A stretch of 48,565 nucleotides of DNA from Candidatus Bipolaricaulota bacterium. GTDB taxonomy: Bacteria > Bipolaricaulota > Bipolaricaulia > UBA7950 > UBA9294. Position numbers and translations under genes: made by a program. Below are positions 8,201 to 20,022 of this stretch, piece after piece. The notes under the pieces are model-generated. The model was given only the letters and a program-made list of their open reading frames with translations, ran no database searches and had not been told where the DNA came from. The stretch covers positions 1 through 48,565 of the forward strand of contig JAUWPW010000004.1 in assembly GCA_030611415.1 (NCBI GenBank), in the 5' to 3' direction. Positions within the stretch are counted from its first letter, which is position 1; each line of letters begins with the position of its first letter.

Positions 8201-10227
8201 CGGTTGAGGCGAATCAGTGGATTACACGCGAGATGGCTGAACAAATTGGCCGATTAGAAGCTGTGCTGCACCTTGGCAGGGAAGAGGATGAAGCAAGGCT
8301 TATTGGTACCAAGAGTGTCGAGGATGTTTATGATGCTGAGGAGAGACGTGTTTTGCTTCAGGCCGACGAACGCATCACGCCTCGTTTGATCGATGCTTTG
8401 CGGACCGCTAACATCTCGAAAATTAGGGTGAGACCACAAATTGTAATTCGTTCTCCGATGACCTGTGAGACAAGTAAAGGGGTCTGCCAATATTGCTACG
8501 GATACGATATGAGTAACCATCGGCCGGTAGAGCCAGGAACGGCAGTTGGAGTAATAGCTGCGCAGTCAATTGGTGAGCCGGGAACCCAGCTGACAATGCG
8601 TACCTTTCATACTGGTGGGGTTGCTGGCGCGGATATTACTCAGGGCCTCCCTCGCGCTGAAGAGCTGTTTGAGGCACGCAAGGCGTTGAAAAGTGTTCAA
8701 TCTGTGCTTTCTCCTCTTGATGGTTATATCAAATCGATTTCCTCCACCGAGAAGGGAAGCGAATTAGTGGAGATTGAGAGTGCTTGCAGAATGATACAGA
8801 TTCCTACAGTCCTTGCCTGTGCCGAACCAGGCGAGGAAGTGGACGTAAACGGAGTGATCAATGTAAAGAGTCCATGTTCCGGCGAGGTTTACATATTGGA
8901 CAACAGGGAGATGTTGATTATTGACTCTGCTTCAGGCGATCGATCCTATCCTCTTCCTCCAAATGCCCTCCCGCGGGTCAAGAATGGCGAGATCGTATCA
9001 GCTGGAAATGCTCTTACCAAGCGATTCAATATTGAAGGTGTTGTGAGTAACACAATAGGAACAGTCTCGGTTGTCAATGAGGATGAACGCGCTTTTCAAC
9101 TCGTGGCAACAAATGGGGATGTGTACAACTACAGCATTCCATACGGGGCACGCATGATGGTTGAACCGGAAGCCAAAGTAAAGGTTGGAGATCGATTAAC
9201 TTCCCGCTCAAGACCGATCTTTATTGCCGCAGAAGCGGAAGGAACAGTAGTGCTGCTTGCCGATAGAATCATCGTTTACAATCCGGACGGTAACGCAGTA
9301 CGTTTCCCTTTAACGAAGGACATCTCGCCAATAGGGAAGAGAAAGGATGGGGGCCAGGTGAAAGCAGGTTGGCCACTGGTACAACCGGAGATTCTTCATA
9401 AGGGATCTCTATTTGTAGAAAAGGTAGAGGAAAAGGGCGAGATAACCAATATCCATTTGACACCAAGAAGCGTAGTAGAGGTTGATCAATCGCTTGTGGT
9501 TCGGGTTGGTGACAAGGTAGAAGAGGGAGATCTGCTAACCAAGGGAGTTGTAGCTCCTCAAGCTCTTCTGGACACAGCGGGAGTGCAGAAGACACGAGAC
9601 TACTTGTTGACGGAGATTCACAAGGTATACAAGACGCAAGGGGTTGACATCAATGACAAACACCTTGAGATAATCATTCGTCAAACCCTTAATAATGCGC
9701 GCATATTGGATCAAGGCGATTCGCGTTTCTTGGTAAATGACCTTGTGACGCTAGAAGAATTTCAGCACGAAGTACGTAGGCTAAGTGACTTGAATCGTTT
9801 GATGGATCGCACTCGTAAGGGAGTAATTGGAGAAGAAGTAGCGGAGAGTATTATAGCTCATGGTCATTTGATTGCTGCTAAGGGTGAGCCCTTTACTGAA
9901 GAGGTCTTCCAAGCAGCGCAGCGCGCTGGAGTTACTAGGGTCTATATTCAACAAGAGGGTGAATCCATGGAAGTTCCTATTAAGGACAAAGAACTTCCCG
10001 TTGCCGAGCGTGAATTGTTGCGGATTTCTAAGGCTGCCCTACATACAAAGGGATGGCTGTCTGCGGCTTCCTTTCAGCGAACAACTAAGGTCCTTGCCGA
10101 GGCAGCGTTGCGTGGAGAGGTTGATGAGCTTTTGAGTTTGAAGCCAAGTGTTATTGTAGGGAAACGGATACCATGCGGCACTGGGTTTCCCAGGCCGCAT
10201 GAGAAAACAGCTGAATCAGAGCAATAG
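5299..10227 (+). CDS. rpoC: DNA-directed RNA polymerase beta' subunit with several insertions (1642 aa)
   Basis: ETINYRT, zinc finger [59 protein letters not shown]. Confidence 0.98.
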   Translation: MNSLISGDDIKRIKLQLAPASVVIGWSHGEITQSETINYRTHKPERGGLYAEEIFGPESDYECACGKYKGKKYEGITCEKCHVLVTDSSVRRVNMAHISLASPVIHFWFLKGVSSLLNRLLGMKKKELQRIAYYETEPSEQMLYIVTTSECKEIHCGETLYESEYGILANAFPFSVEPAYYVEEAPRVLADEGGKVMIEERHLTNGEKISAVVIGSQEYPIIGDIDLLVEEGDKASAETVIAERPVDEVCSETGFEMLSVRYGAAIKGEKIVEFVDSLTFLVTRVKDPAVPLKIGDRLTYLEKRAYERVYPDGFVAMTGAAGIKGLLKSLDLDELHRSLNDELQSSVAVGNRRRLVRRLEVVDQLRGSGNNPQDMVLDVVPVLPPALRPMIQLEGGRFATTDVNDLYRRIINRNNRLKKLIDMGAPEVILRNERRMLQEAVDALIHNEKKETPIRGRDNRPLKSLSERIHGKHGRLRRNLLGRRVDYSGRAVIVVDPKLRLGQCGLPKKMALELFKPFILHNLESTTFSDFDEIKNKALRGKMPEVWDILEKLVKTHPVLLNRAPTLHRLSIQAFEPVLVDGQAIHIHPLVCQPYNADFDGDQMAVHLPLSPEAIAEARELMAAPRNILSPANGEPLSLPTQDPVFAYYYLTVVDPEGKGTGKSFRDIIEARRACEEGIVDLHSRIKIRMNGRIVDTTLGRAEMNLCLPEEIRNYDRVVDRRVVKEIVKECYHRFGWERTAELLDRLKDLGFKYATKAGLTISLKDCLIPEEKEGIIKRAYAIIRRINRLYELGLATEEERARTVIRIWRRTVDEVEDATMENLRRHLFNPLYGIVISGARGGPDQVKQLCGMRGPMAGPSGEIIEMPVISNFREGLDMMEYFISTHGGRKGAADTALKTANSGYLTRRLVDASSDTVVEEIDCGTAQGIEVNPLRFSKTEIMETIEERIYGRVASRPIVDPATGEITVEANQWITREMAEQIGRLEAVLHLGREEDEARLIGTKSVEDVYDAEERRVLLQADERITPRLIDALRTANISKIRVRPQIVIRSPMTCETSKGVCQYCYGYDMSNHRPVEPGTAVGVIAAQSIGEPGTQLTMRTFHTGGVAGADITQGLPRAEELFEARKALKSVQSVLSPLDGYIKSISSTEKGSELVEIESACRMIQIPTVLACAEPGEEVDVNGVINVKSPCSGEVYILDNREMLIIDSASGDRSYPLPPNALPRVKNGEIVSAGNALTKRFNIEGVVSNTIGTVSVVNEDERAFQLVATNGDVYNYSIPYGARMMVEPEAKVKVGDRLTSRSRPIFIAAEAEGTVVLLADRIIVYNPDGNAVRFPLTKDISPIGKRKDGGQVKAGWPLVQPEILHKGSLFVEKVEEKGEITNIHLTPRSVVEVDQSLVVRVGDKVEEGDLLTKGVVAPQALLDTAGVQKTRDYLLTEIHKVYKTQGVDINDKHLEIIIRQTLNNARILDQGDSRFLVNDLVTLEEFQHEVRRLSDLNRLMDRTRKGVIGEEVAESIIAHGHLIAAKGEPFTEEVFQAAQRAGVTRVYIQQEGESMEVPIKDKELPVAERELLRISKAALHTKGWLSAASFQRTTKVLAEAALRGEVDELLSLKPSVIVGKRIPCGTGFPRPHEKTAESEQ

Positions 10228-10239
10228 GTCTGGACAAAC

Positions 10240-10268
10240 TTGACACAGTTTGTGAGTGTGTCTATAAT
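10240..10268 (+). promoter_or_regulatory. Consensus sigma-70 promoter of the str operon
   Basis: TTGACA-17bp-TATAAT, 27 bp before rpsL. Confidence 0.85.
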
Positions 10269-10295
10269 TTATTAATTGCGATTTGGAGAGTAAAC

Positions 10296-10667
10296 ATGCC
10301 AACAGTAAATCAGTTGATTAGGCTAGGACGTAAGGCGAAAGTGAAGAAGAGCAAAGCACGCGCGCTTGATTGTTGTCCACAACTACGTGGCGTATGTACC
10401 CGAGTCTACACCCGTACGCCTAAGAAGCCAAACTCGGCATTACGCAAGGTTGCACGAGTACGTTTGAGCAACGGAAAAGAAGTTACGGCTTACATTGGTG
10501 GTGAAGGACACAATTTACAGGAGCACTCTATAGTTCTTGTGCGCGGTGGCCGTGTAAAGGATTTGCCAGGGGTGCGTTACCATATCGTTCGAGGAACACT
10601 TGATACAGAGGGAGTGGAAGGGCGGAAGCAAGGACGATCGAAGTATGGGACTAAGAGGCCCAGTTAA
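10296..10667 (+). CDS. rpsL: 30S ribosomal protein S12
   Basis: [30 protein letters not shown]. Confidence 0.99.
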   Translation: MPTVNQLIRLGRKAKVKKSKARALDCCPQLRGVCTRVYTRTPKKPNSALRKVARVRLSNGKEVTAYIGGEGHNLQEHSIVLVRGGRVKDLPGVRYHIVRGTLDTEGVEGRKQGRSKYGTKRPS

Positions 10668-10676
10668 GGAGAGAGG

Positions 10677-11135
10677 ATGGAGCTACCAGGGCGTGATGTG
10701 AAACTGGATGTTAAGTACAATAGTAAATTACTTGGAAAGTTAATCAATTATGTTATGCTAGATGGGAAAAAGGCTACTGCTGAACGAATAGTCTATGACG
10801 CTCTGGATCAGATTGAGAAACACAATGAGTCCTCGGCTCTTGACATGTTTAGAGAAGCTGTTGCCAACTGTTCTCCTCGGTTAGAGGTGCGTACTCGTCG
10901 TGTTGGCGGTGCGAATTATCAAATCCCTTATGAGGTTCCTAAGGATCGTCAAATCGCTCTTGCTTTTCGGTGGATTGTTCAGGCAGCACGAGAGCGAGGA
11001 GAGTATGCTATGTCAGCCCGCCTTGCCGCTGAGATTACTGCCGCGACGCGCAAGGAGGGAAAGGCTTACAATAAGCGGCTTGAGTCACATCGCATGGCAG
11101 AGGCCAACAAGGCTTTTGCTCATTACCGCTGGTAA
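10677..11135 (+). CDS. rpsG: 30S ribosomal protein S7
   Basis: RRVGGANYQIP, HRMAEANKAFAHYRW. Confidence 0.98.
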   Translation: MELPGRDVKLDVKYNSKLLGKLINYVMLDGKKATAERIVYDALDQIEKHNESSALDMFREAVANCSPRLEVRTRRVGGANYQIPYEVPKDRQIALAFRWIVQAARERGEYAMSARLAAEITAATRKEGKAYNKRLESHRMAEANKAFAHYRW

Positions 11136-11190
11136 CTAGCTTTCCCGACGAAGATCCCAGATTGAGCGAGAATAATCAAAGGGGAAGTGT

Positions 11191-13266
11191 ATGTTTGCCA
11201 ATGGCTTAGCGGAGATGAAATGGGTCAGGAATATTGGGATCATGGCCCATATCGATGCGGGCAAAACCACAACCACGGAGCGTATCCTTTACTACACCGG
11301 ACGTACCCATAGAATGGGTGAGGTCCATGACGGGGATACTGAGATGGACTGGATGCCCGAGGAACGCCAACGAGGCATCACAATCACTTCTGCGGCCACA
11401 TCCTGCCCTTGGCATGAGTACCAGATCAATGTTATCGATACTCCGGGACACGTAGATTTTACTGCGGAAGTAGAGCGTTCATTACGTATTCTCGATGGAG
11501 GGGTTGTAATCTTTTCTGGAGTGGAGATGGTGGAGTCACAGTCTGAGGCGGTATGGCAGCAGGCTGATCGTTATCACATTCCGCGGATAGCATTCATCAA
11601 CAAACTTGATCGGGTTGAGTCAAACTACATCGGGACACTAGAAATGCTTGAGGAACGCTTAGGGGCAAGAGTGGTCCCGTTGCAGCTTCCCTATTGTGAT
11701 TCTGATCGATGTTTGGTAGGAATGATAGATCTCCTTGAACAGAGACTTATCGTCTGGAATCAGGAAAACAAAGGGGAGACTTGGGAATATCTGGCTGTGC
11801 CACAGAAGCTACGAGGTAGTGTTGAGCACTACCGAGAGGTGGCGATTGAACGAGTGGCGGAGTTTAATGATCGAGTAATGGAATCCTATGTTGAAGGCAA
11901 GAATATTGACCGTGTAGCGTTTCACGGCGGATTACGCCAGGGATGCATACGACAGCTACTGGTACCTGTTCTTGGAGGATCGGCTGTTCAGAATCAGGGA
12001 ATTCAGCCTCTTCTTGATGCGATAACGCGCTATCTTCCTTCTCCGCTTGATGTCCCTCCGGTGCATGGAGTTAAGGGTGGCGAAGTTCGTTCGGCGGATC
12101 CAACGGCACCGTTTGCTGCGCTTGCATTCAAGGTTGTCATGGATCGTTATGTTGGGCGGTTAGTGTTCATACGTGTCTATTCGGGGAAGATAGGAGTTGG
12201 CGAGCAAGTGCTTAATGTTTCGACGGGAAAGAGTCTTCGGCTTAGTCGGATTTTTCGGATGCATGCTAATCAGCGAACACAGCTAGGCGAAGCCATGGCA
12301 GGTGAGATTGTAGCGGTTGTAGGATCAAGGGATATATCAACTGGAGATACATTATCTGACCGAACAGCACCAATCTTGCTGGAGAAGATCAGTTTTCCAG
12401 AACCGGTCGTATCTGTGGCAATTGAGCCACGCAGTGAGAGCGAGCGGGGTGCGCTACATGAAGGATTGGCTAGGTTAGCTCAAGAAGATCCAACCTTTCG
12501 AGTCGACGTGGATGAAACCACAAGTCAGACAGTTATTTCTGGAATGGGTGAACTTCACCTGGAAATCCTGATGGAACGATTGCGTAAGGAAGAAAGGATT
12601 TCTGTGGCGATGGGAAAACCTCAGGTCGCCTATCGTGAGACACTGCGAGAACCAATCAACGTGGACAAGGAGTTTGCAAAGCAGACCGCCGGGCGAGGGC
12701 AATACGGGCACGTTATCGTGTATCTAGAGCCGCTTTCTCGTGGAAGTGGTGTTCAGTTCGTAGATGCGGTGAAGAAGGATGAGATTCCAAAACAGTACCG
12801 GGGCGCCGCTATCAGTGCAATGAGGGAACTATTGACAAATGGCCCACTTGCCGGTTATCCTTTAGTAGATATCAAGATCACCTTAGTAGGTGGTTCATTC
12901 AGCCCAGTGGATTCGTCGGAAGTGGCTTTTCGTGCAGCCGCTGCAGATGCACTTCATGATGTCTTCGAGAGGGGTGCTTTTGACCTTTTGGAGCCAATTA
13001 TGGAGGGAGAAGTGGCTACACCTGGCGAGTACTTGGGAGAGGTAATGGACGACTTGGGACAGAGGCGGGGGGTGATCCAGAGCTGTCAGCCGCGAGGGAC
13101 AGTCCAGGTAATTGTTGTTTGTGTTCCTCTTGCTGAGACATTTGGTTACGCTACACGTCTACGTTCTTTGACTCAGGGACGTGCCGCTTACACATTGAGA
13201 GTAACACGTTATGATGTAGTGCCGGAGGAGTTGAGTCGAATGATCAAGAGAAGCAGAGGTTATTAA
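11191..13266 (+). CDS. fusA: Elongation factor G (divergent)
   Basis: [41 protein letters not shown]; str operon position. Confidence 0.95.
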   Translation: MFANGLAEMKWVRNIGIMAHIDAGKTTTTERILYYTGRTHRMGEVHDGDTEMDWMPEERQRGITITSAATSCPWHEYQINVIDTPGHVDFTAEVERSLRILDGGVVIFSGVEMVESQSEAVWQQADRYHIPRIAFINKLDRVESNYIGTLEMLEERLGARVVPLQLPYCDSDRCLVGMIDLLEQRLIVWNQENKGETWEYLAVPQKLRGSVEHYREVAIERVAEFNDRVMESYVEGKNIDRVAFHGGLRQGCIRQLLVPVLGGSAVQNQGIQPLLDAITRYLPSPLDVPPVHGVKGGEVRSADPTAPFAALAFKVVMDRYVGRLVFIRVYSGKIGVGEQVLNVSTGKSLRLSRIFRMHANQRTQLGEAMAGEIVAVVGSRDISTGDTLSDRTAPILLEKISFPEPVVSVAIEPRSESERGALHEGLARLAQEDPTFRVDVDETTSQTVISGMGELHLEILMERLRKEERISVAMGKPQVAYRETLREPINVDKEFAKQTAGRGQYGHVIVYLEPLSRGSGVQFVDAVKKDEIPKQYRGAAISAMRELLTNGPLAGYPLVDIKITLVGGSFSPVDSSEVAFRAAAADALHDVFERGAFDLLEPIMEGEVATPGEYLGEVMDDLGQRRGVIQSCQPRGTVQVIVVCVPLAETFGYATRLRSLTQGRAAYTLRVTRYDVVPEELSRMIKRSRGY

Positions 13267-13268
13267 GC

Positions 13269-13577
13269 ATGGCAAGAGAGAAGATTAGAATCAAGTTGCG
13301 GGGTTACGATCATGAACTTGTGGATAGCTCCATTAAGAAGATAGTTGATTCAGCGAAGCAGACAAGGGCTAAGATCGCTGGACCTGTTCCTCTTCCGACA
13401 AGGAGGCGAATTTACACGGTTCTCCGCTCGCCGCATGTGAATAAGAAATCGATGGAGCATTTCGAGCGAAGGATTCATACGCGGCTACTTGATATCAAGG
13501 AACCAACTTCGGAAACGATCAATGCTCTGATGGATATTGAACTTCCAACTGGGATTGATATCGAGATTAAACTGTAA
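13269..13577 (+). CDS. rpsJ: 30S ribosomal protein S10
   Basis: [22 protein letters not shown]. Confidence 0.98.
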   Translation: MAREKIRIKLRGYDHELVDSSIKKIVDSAKQTRAKIAGPVPLPTRRRIYTVLRSPHVNKKSMEHFERRIHTRLLDIKEPTSETINALMDIELPTGIDIEIKL

Positions 13578-13601
13578 CGAATAGTCACGGAGGTTGGATC
13601 A

Positions 13602-14231
13602 ATGACGGTTGGGATCTTATCACGTAAAATAGGGATGACGCAGCTGTTCGACGATGGCAACGCAATTGGTGTCACAGTTGTTATGGCAGAACCAAGTACA
13701 GTTGTTCAGATAAGAAGGAAAGAAACTGATGGATATGATGCCCTTCAGCTTGGTTATCAAGAAGTCGTCCAGGAACGTAGGATTACACGTCCCATGTTAG
13801 GGCACTTCAAGAAGGCAGGAGTTGTGCCACACCGACATTTGTTCGAGGTACGGGTGGATGATCCTGCTAGGTACAAAGTGGGAGACAAGATTGGGGTTGA
13901 GGCGTTTACGAAGGGTGACAAAGTGGATGTTATGGGAACATCACGTGGTCTTGGATTTCAGGGTGTTGTAAAGCGTTGGAACTTCGCCGGTGGACCAAAA
14001 TCTCATGGATCGCATTTTCACCGTGGTCCGGGATCGGTGGGAAACTGTGTGAAGCCGGGACGAGTAGTCAAAGGAAAGAAGCTGCCAGGACATATGGGAA
14101 ACCGTCGCCGAACAATGAAGGGTGTTGAGATATTACGGGTTGATGCAGAGAAGAACCTGCTAGTGCTCAAAGGAGCAGTTCCAGGTCCGCGTGGTGGCAT
14201 GTTGAAATTGACAAGGAAGGGTCATGGTTGA
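13602..14231 (+). CDS. rplC: 50S ribosomal protein L3
   Basis: KIGMTQLF, GFQGVVKRW, KKLPGHMG. Confidence 0.98.
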   Translation: MTVGILSRKIGMTQLFDDGNAIGVTVVMAEPSTVVQIRRKETDGYDALQLGYQEVVQERRITRPMLGHFKKAGVVPHRHLFEVRVDDPARYKVGDKIGVEAFTKGDKVDVMGTSRGLGFQGVVKRWNFAGGPKSHGSHFHRGPGSVGNCVKPGRVVKGKKLPGHMGNRRRTMKGVEILRVDAEKNLLVLKGAVPGPRGGMLKLTRKGHG

Positions 14232-14862
14232 AGCGAGATTGTATAGCCTTGATGAAGCGACGGAACCGAAAACGGTGGCACTGGATGCCACAATTTTTGA
14301 TGCGAAGGTTAATCCGGATCTTCTATATCGGGCTGTTCGTACACAGTTGCTAAGTCGGCGTCAGGGGACGAGTTCTACAAAGACGCGTGGGGAAGTTAGG
14401 GGAGGCGGCCGTAAGCCCTGGCGACAGAAAGGGACAGGCCGTGCCCGCGCAGGAAGCCGTCGTTCTCCGTTGTGGGTAGGTGGTGGAATCACTTTTGGTC
14501 CGAAACCGCGTTCCTACAAAGTGAAATTACCCAAGAAAATGCGCCGAGGGGCACTTATCTCTGCACTATCCGATCGCGCTGGTGATGGAAAGGTTACTTT
14601 GCTTGGTGAGATAGCGTTTACCGAGCCCACAACTAAGGGGGCTGTTTCCTTGTTGAATCGGTTAGGAATAAGTTCTACGGCACTGGTGATTGTTAGTGCG
14701 AGTGAGTATAATCGTGCGGTTAGAAAATCCTTTTCTAATCTCGTAGGAATAAAATGTCTGGCAGCGGGGGGATTGAACGTTTACGACGTACTGCGACATG
14801 ATGAGCTTATGCTCACTTTGTCCGGACTTAAGGAAGTGAAGGAGAGGTTTCGAGATGGGTAA
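14224..14862 (+). CDS. rplD: 50S ribosomal protein L4
   Basis: [27 protein letters not shown]. Confidence 0.98.
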   Translation: MVEARLYSLDEATEPKTVALDATIFDAKVNPDLLYRAVRTQLLSRRQGTSSTKTRGEVRGGGRKPWRQKGTGRARAGSRRSPLWVGGGITFGPKPRSYKVKLPKKMRRGALISALSDRAGDGKVTLLGEIAFTEPTTKGAVSLLNRLGISSTALVIVSASEYNRAVRKSFSNLVGIKCLAAGGLNVYDVLRHDELMLTLSGLKEVKERFRDG

Positions 14863-15151
14863 GTTGCTTCATCCTGAGGATATTCTTCTAGCCCCCCTCT
14901 TAACGGAAGAAACGTGGGGAATGATGGAACAGAACAAGTATACTTTTCGGGTTGCCCTTGGTGTGAACAAAGTGCAGATTCGTAAAGCAGTTGAAGAGAT
15001 ATTCAAAGTGAAAGTTGACAGGGTTTGGACAGCTAATATAAAGGGTAAGCCCCGCCGCGAGCGGCTAAACCAGATGCATGGACATACATCGCGTTGGCAC
15101 AAGGCGATTGTACGATTGGCACCTGGTGACCGGATTGATGTAATGGGGTGA
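14855..15151 (+). CDS. rplW: 50S ribosomal protein L23
   Basis: NKYTFRV..NKVQIRKAVEEIFKVKV, KAIVRL; operon order. Confidence 0.95.
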   Translation: MGKLLHPEDILLAPLLTEETWGMMEQNKYTFRVALGVNKVQIRKAVEEIFKVKVDRVWTANIKGKPRRERLNQMHGHTSRWHKAIVRLAPGDRIDVMG

Positions 15152-15160
15152 TGGTAGGCG

Positions 15161-15997
15161 ATGACACCGAAGAGATTTAGTCCAACATCTCCAGGACGAC
15201 GGCACGCAGATCTGCCTGACTACGGGGAGCTATCGGGAACGGCTCCCGAAAGAAGCCTGTTGTGTCCAATACACAAGAAGGGTGGCAGGAACAACCAAGG
15301 CAAGATTACTGCGCGCTGGCGAGGAGGAGGACACAAGCGTCGTTACCGAGTGATTGACTTTGGGCGTGCTAAGGATGGAGTCCCTGCACAGGTTGTTTCA
15401 CGTGAGTATGATCCGAATCGCTCTAGCTGGATTATGTTGCTTCACTATTCTGATGGTGAGAAACGCTATATTCTTGCCCCTTTCTCGCTTGAGATAGGAG
15501 CCAAAGTAGAAGCGGGGGAGGAAGCGGAAATCCGTGTAGGAAACGCGATGTCGTTAAGACGCATTCCTTTGGGGGCTATCGTTCACAATGTAGAGCTAAC
15601 CCCTAGGAGCCGGGGAAAGGTTGCACGGTCGGCAGGAACTTCTGCTAAGCTGATAGGTAAAGAAGGGAACAGGGTCCATGTCCGTATGCCTTCTGGCGAA
15701 GTAAGGATTTTTGACGCTGAGTGCCGAGCAACAATTGGAGAGGTATCAAATCCCGATCATAAGAATATTAAGCATGGAAAAGCTGGACGCGTGCGCCATT
15801 TAGGACGTAAGCCAGAGGTACGTGGCGTTGCTATGAATCCTGTTGATCATCCTCATGGTGGTGGAGAAGGAAGGGCTCATGTGGGACGGCCACAAGTGTC
15901 GCCAACGGGGAAGCTAGCTAAAGGTGGCCGCACTCGCAAGAAGAATAAGAGAAGCAATGCTTGTATTGTGCGCCGTGCAGGGAAGGGAAGAAGGTAA
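15161..15997 (+). CDS. rplB: 50S ribosomal protein L2
   Basis: [35 protein letters not shown]. Confidence 0.99.
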   Translation: MTPKRFSPTSPGRRHADLPDYGELSGTAPERSLLCPIHKKGGRNNQGKITARWRGGGHKRRYRVIDFGRAKDGVPAQVVSREYDPNRSSWIMLLHYSDGEKRYILAPFSLEIGAKVEAGEEAEIRVGNAMSLRRIPLGAIVHNVELTPRSRGKVARSAGTSAKLIGKEGNRVHVRMPSGEVRIFDAECRATIGEVSNPDHKNIKHGKAGRVRHLGRKPEVRGVAMNPVDHPHGGGEGRAHVGRPQVSPTGKLAKGGRTRKKNKRSNACIVRRAGKGRR

Positions 15998-16008
15998 GGA
16001 GAAAGGCT

Positions 16009-16293
16009 ATGCCTAGATCGACAAAGAAAGGTCCGTTTGTGTCTGAAACCCTCCTGAAGAAGGTTCATAAGGTGAAACAAGGAGAACTGAAGGAAATCAA
16101 GACTTGGTCAAGGGGTTCTATGATTACTCCTGAGATGGTAGGCCTGACAATCAAAGTGCATAATGGAAGAATTCACTCTCCTGTCTACATCGTGGAGAAC
16201 ATGGTAGGCCATAAACTGGGAGAATTTGCTCCTACGCGAGTGTTTCGAGCACATGGTGGAATGAAGAAGAAGAGAGCACCAGGCTTAACTTAA
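16009..16293 (+). CDS. rpsS: 30S ribosomal protein S19
   Basis: [24 protein letters not shown]; start moved to ATG 16009. Confidence 0.97.
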   Translation: MPRSTKKGPFVSETLLKKVHKVKQGELKEIKTWSRGSMITPEMVGLTIKVHNGRIHSPVYIVENMVGHKLGEFAPTRVFRAHGGMKKKRAPGLT

Positions 16294-16302
16294 GAGGTTG
16301 AT

Positions 16303-16644
16303 ATGGAAGCAAGAGCGATAACTGACTCGGTACGAATATCTCCTCGTAAGGTAAGGCTAGTAGTTGATACTATCCGCGGGAAGAATGTCAATGCGGCGTT
16401 ACGTGTTGTGTCACTTTGCAACAAGAAAGCAGCAAGGCCCATTCGCAAGACATTGGAATCAGCAATAGCCAATGCAGAGAACAATTATGATGTTGATGTC
16501 GATCAACTGTGGGTGGTAGGAGTCTATGTAGATATGAGAAGATCATTGCGTCACTTGAAGCCAAGGGCGATGGGCCGAGCAGATATTATCCGCCGACCGA
16601 TGAGTCGTATTACAGTTATTGTAGGCGACGAGAGGAGTGAATAA
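16303..16644 (+). CDS. rplV: 50S ribosomal protein L22
   Basis: RISPRKVRLVVDTIRGK, SAIANAENN, PRAMGRA. Confidence 0.97.
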   Translation: MEARAITDSVRISPRKVRLVVDTIRGKNVNAALRVVSLCNKKAARPIRKTLESAIANAENNYDVDVDQLWVVGVYVDMRRSLRHLKPRAMGRADIIRRPMSRITVIVGDERSE

Positions 16645-17291
16645 TGGGGCAGAAGGTTAATCCGATTGGATTTCGTGTAGGGGTAAATAGAAAATGGGTT
16701 TCCAATTGGTATAACCCTAAGCTTGCCCCGGAATATATCTGTGAAGACAAGCACATCCGTGACCTTATAACAGAACGATATCGCAAAGCGGCGGTTGCTG
16801 AAGTGAATATCGAGCGTTCTAAGGAAGATAGGGTGTCTATCATTGTTCGTTCAGCTCGGCCGGGAATAATCATCGGACGTGGTGGAAGCGAGATTGGAAG
16901 GTTGCAGGCTGATCTAGAGAAGCTTACCAATAGAAAGGTGAAGGTATCGATCAAGGAAGTTACTCATCCTGATTTGGAGGCAAGTTTAGTATCTCAACAA
17001 GTGGCAATGCAGATCGAGACTCGAGTTGCTCCTGCGCGTGCAATGAAAGAGGTGATTCGTCGAGTAATGGGGTCTGGGGCAGCTGGTGTAAAAATAAAGA
17101 CGAGCGGCCGACTTGGTGGAGCGGAGATTGCCCGCTCAATGACGATGATGAGAGGACGAGTTCCTCTGCAGACAATTCGAGCGGACATTGACTATGGTTT
17201 TACTGAAGCACGAACTAAGTATGGACATATAGGGGTTAAAGCCTGGGTATTTCGTGGAGAGCACCCGACCCGCGCGAAGCAAAGAGGATAA
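16644..17291 (+). CDS. rpsC: 30S ribosomal protein S3
   Basis: MGQKVNPIGFR, GRLGGAEIAR, PLQTIRADIDYG. Confidence 0.98.
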   Translation: MGQKVNPIGFRVGVNRKWVSNWYNPKLAPEYICEDKHIRDLITERYRKAAVAEVNIERSKEDRVSIIVRSARPGIIIGRGGSEIGRLQADLEKLTNRKVKVSIKEVTHPDLEASLVSQQVAMQIETRVAPARAMKEVIRRVMGSGAAGVKIKTSGRLGGAEIARSMTMMRGRVPLQTIRADIDYGFTEARTKYGHIGVKAWVFRGEHPTRAKQRG

Positions 17292-17303
17292 GGTGAAATA
17301 GAA

Positions 17304-17735
17304 ATGGCGTTCTTGTTTCCTAAGCGGACTAAACATAGAAAGGTACATCGCGGGCGAACAAAGGGAAAAGCGACAAGGGGACATGAGATTGCATTTGGCG
17401 AGTACGGTATTCAAGCTCTTGCTCCAGCGTGGATTACTGCACGACAGATTGAGGCTTGCCGAACAACGATGAGCCGTCAGACACACCGCGATTCTAAAGT
17501 TTGGATCAGGATTTTTCCGGACAAACCTATAACGAAGCACCCCGCGGAAGCACGCATGGGGAAAGGAAAGGGACCAGTGGATCATTGGGTAGCTGTAGTG
17601 AAACCAGGAAGGATCCTTTTTGAGATTGCAGGAGTGGATGAACTAGCCGCAAAGCGAGTGCATGAACTTGTCAGTCATAAGCTTCCGATTCCTACCCGAC
17701 TGAAGAGAAAGATCGTGCTAGGAGGAGAGATATGA
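17304..17735 (+). CDS. rplP: 50S ribosomal protein L16
   Basis: [18 protein letters not shown]. Confidence 0.98.
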   Translation: MAFLFPKRTKHRKVHRGRTKGKATRGHEIAFGEYGIQALAPAWITARQIEACRTTMSRQTHRDSKVWIRIFPDKPITKHPAEARMGKGKGPVDHWVAVVKPGRILFEIAGVDELAAKRVHELVSHKLPIPTRLKRKIVLGGEI

Positions 17736-17932
17736 AAGCTGTTGAGATACGGGAATTGACAGCGGAGGAATTGAGGCAAAAAGAGTCGGAGCTTAAACGC
17801 AAGCTGTTGAACTTACGCTTTCAGAAGGTAACAGGGGAGCTAGATAACATAGCCGAACTCGCAAAAACCCGCAAGGATATTGCACGAGTACTGACGATTA
17901 AGGGTGAGAAGACGCAGGAGGCAACGAGATGA
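17732..17932 (+). CDS. rpmC: 50S ribosomal protein L29
   Basis: [22 protein letters not shown]. Confidence 0.95.
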   Translation: MKAVEIRELTAEELRQKESELKRKLLNLRFQKVTGELDNIAELAKTRKDIARVLTIKGEKTQEATR

Positions 17933-18174
17933 GGAAGATAAAAGTCGGGCGGGTAGTGAGCGATCGAATGGCAAAAACCATTGTAGTGAAGGTTGAAGAA
18001 CGGCATGTTCATCCACGCTATCATAAATACATTCGTAAGCATGTCAAGTTCTACTCTCATGATGAAGGTGAGCTAGCATCAGTTGGTGATCTAGTGAAAA
18101 TTGAGGAATGCCGTCCCCGTAGTCAGAAAAAACGTTGGCGGCTGCTTGAAGTTATTGAAAAGGTGGAGGCGTAG
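17929..18174 (+). CDS. rpsQ: 30S ribosomal protein S17
   Basis: [17 protein letters not shown]...[11 protein letters not shown]. Confidence 0.96.
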   Translation: MRKIKVGRVVSDRMAKTIVVKVEERHVHPRYHKYIRKHVKFYSHDEGELASVGDLVKIEECRPRSQKKRWRLLEVIEKVEA

Positions 18175-18176
18175 CC

Positions 18177-18545
18177 GTGATTCAGATGCAGACGCTATTA
18201 AGGGTCGCTGATAATTCTGGCGCGAAGCAGGTTAGGTGCATATCTGTTTTGGGATCGTCGAACCGGCAAAGGGGCATGATTGGTGATATCATAGTCGGTT
18301 CGGTGCGTAAACGTCTTCCTACAAGTGACATAGAAAAAGGGCAGGTTGTTAGAGGTGTTATCGTTCGCACGCGCAAGGCATATCGGCGAAAGGACGGAAC
18401 TTATATTCGGTTTGATGACAACGCAATCGTGCTTATCAACGACCAGCGAGAACCAGTAGGAACCCGAGTGTTTGGACCAGTTGCACGAGAGCTCAGAGAA
18501 AAGAAAATGATGCGGATTATCTCGCTGGCTCCCGAAGTGCTTTGA
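18177..18545 (+). CDS. rplN: 50S ribosomal protein L14
   Basis: [28 protein letters not shown]. Confidence 0.98.
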   Translation: MIQMQTLLRVADNSGAKQVRCISVLGSSNRQRGMIGDIIVGSVRKRLPTSDIEKGQVVRGVIVRTRKAYRRKDGTYIRFDDNAIVLINDQREPVGTRVFGPVARELREKKMMRIISLAPEVL

Positions 18546-18553
18546 AGGAGTAA

Positions 18554-18868
18554 GTGATGAGAAAAGTACGTAAAGGGGATCGTGTGAAAGTCCTAAGTGG
18601 GAATGATCGCGGTAGGGTAGGCAAAGTACTAGTGGTGTATCCCGATAAGCAAAGGATTATTGTAGAGAACGTGCACATGATTACCAAACACCAGCGTCCT
18701 ACTCAGACCTTGCGTGAGCCGGGGATTATCAAGAGAGAAGGAACAATTCACATATCCAATGTTCTTCCGATTTGCCCAGAGTGTGGCATTCCAAGCAGGG
18801 TTGGGTTTGTAATAGTGAATGGTGAGAAGATGCGCCGTTGTAAGCAGTGCGGGGAGACGTTTAGATAG
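18554..18868 (+). CDS. rplX: 50S ribosomal protein L24 with C-terminal CxxC/CxxC
   Basis: KGDRVKVLSGNDRG, IHISNV, CPEC...CKQC. Confidence 0.96.
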   Translation: MMRKVRKGDRVKVLSGNDRGRVGKVLVVYPDKQRIIVENVHMITKHQRPTQTLREPGIIKREGTIHISNVLPICPECGIPSRVGFVIVNGEKMRRCKQCGETFR

Positions 18869-18870
18869 AC

Positions 18871-19401
18871 ATGTTACATGAGAGATTTAAGACAGAGATT
18901 GTCCCGCGATTGGTGGAAGGGCTGGGGCTAGCAAATGTTATGCAGGTGCCACGCCTGGAGAAGGTGGTCGTGAATATGGGAATCTTGGCCAAGGACAACC
19001 CCAAGGTGCTTGAGGGAGCGGTGAGTAACCTGACGAAGATCACAGGGCAGAAACCAGTTGTAACCAGGGCTCAGCAGTCAATTGCTGATTTTCATCTCAC
19101 TAAGGGTGAACCGATCGGTAGCAAGGTAACCCTCAGGCGCGAGCGGGCTTATGAGTTCTTGAACAAGCTATTTAACGCGGTCTTGCCAGGGATACGAGAT
19201 TTCCGAGGCCTTTCAGCGTCTTCTTTCGACGGGCGTGGAAACTATAGTCTTGGATTGAGCGAACAGCTAAGCTTTCCAGAGATTTCCTACGGAGAAGTTG
19301 TTTCTATGCAGGGAATGGATGTTACGATAGTTACTAGCGCAAGGAACGATCAAGAAGGCTACGCCTTATTGAAGGGGCTTGGGCTTCCATTCAAAGATTA
19401 G
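18871..19401 (+). CDS. rplE: 50S ribosomal protein L5
   Basis: [31 protein letters not shown]. Confidence 0.98.
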   Translation: MLHERFKTEIVPRLVEGLGLANVMQVPRLEKVVVNMGILAKDNPKVLEGAVSNLTKITGQKPVVTRAQQSIADFHLTKGEPIGSKVTLRRERAYEFLNKLFNAVLPGIRDFRGLSASSFDGRGNYSLGLSEQLSFPEISYGEVVSMQGMDVTIVTSARNDQEGYALLKGLGLPFKD

Positions 19402-19409
19402 GAGGGTTG

Positions 19410-19595
19410 ATGGCAAGAAAGGCGCTGATAATAAAGAGCAAGAGGAAGCCTAAATATAAAGTTAGAGCTTATAGCCGTTGCAGTTTGTGTGGGCGCTCTC
19501 ATGGGTACATCCGCGATTTTGGGATTTGTCGACTCTGCTTTCGGAAGCTTGCTCATAAGGGTGAGATCCCTGGAATAAGAAAGGCAAGCTTGTAG
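19410..19595 (+). CDS. rpsN: 30S ribosomal protein S14, zinc-binding type Z
   Basis: RCSLCGR...[18 protein letters not shown]. Confidence 0.96.
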   Translation: MARKALIIKSKRKPKYKVRAYSRCSLCGRSHGYIRDFGICRLCFRKLAHKGEIPGIRKASL

Positions 19596-19603
19596 GAGGC
19601 AGG

Positions 19604-20011
19604 ATGACAATAGAGAACCCCATTGCTGATATCTTAACGCGTATTCGAAATGCGAATGCGAAGTTCCATTCTCAGGTCTTGGTACCACACTCGAAAATGA
19701 AGGAAAAGATGGCTGTCATTCTCAAAAAAGAAGGATACATTACGGGCTTTGATGTTTTGGACGGAGCGCACGCGCCAATATTGCGCATAGATCTGAAGTA
19801 CATAGGAGAGAGACGGAAGGCGACAAGGGCAATAACTGCACTCAGGCAGGTTAGTAAGCCAAGCTGCCGTGTTTACGTCAATACGGGTGAAGTACCGCGG
19901 ACGCTTGGGGGATTAGGAATATGCATCCTGTCCACTTCACAAGGTGTTATGTCAGGACATGAGGCGAAAAAACGCGGCATTGGTGGCGAGGTTCTTTGTG
20001 AAATATGGTAG
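19604..20011 (+). CDS. rpsH: 30S ribosomal protein S8
   Basis: IADILTRIRNA, STSQGVM, GGEVLCEIW. Confidence 0.98.
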   Translation: MTIENPIADILTRIRNANAKFHSQVLVPHSKMKEKMAVILKKEGYITGFDVLDGAHAPILRIDLKYIGERRKATRAITALRQVSKPSCRVYVNTGEVPRTLGGLGICILSTSQGVMSGHEAKKRGIGGEVLCEIW

Positions 20012-20022
20012 GGTGATACGAA

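Noticed and set aside
5299-10227. Intein or RpoB-RpoC fusion explaining the long rpoC
   Set aside because: No intein terminal or LAGLIDADG motifs and no beta-subunit motifs; inserts resemble RNAP hybrid-motif repeats
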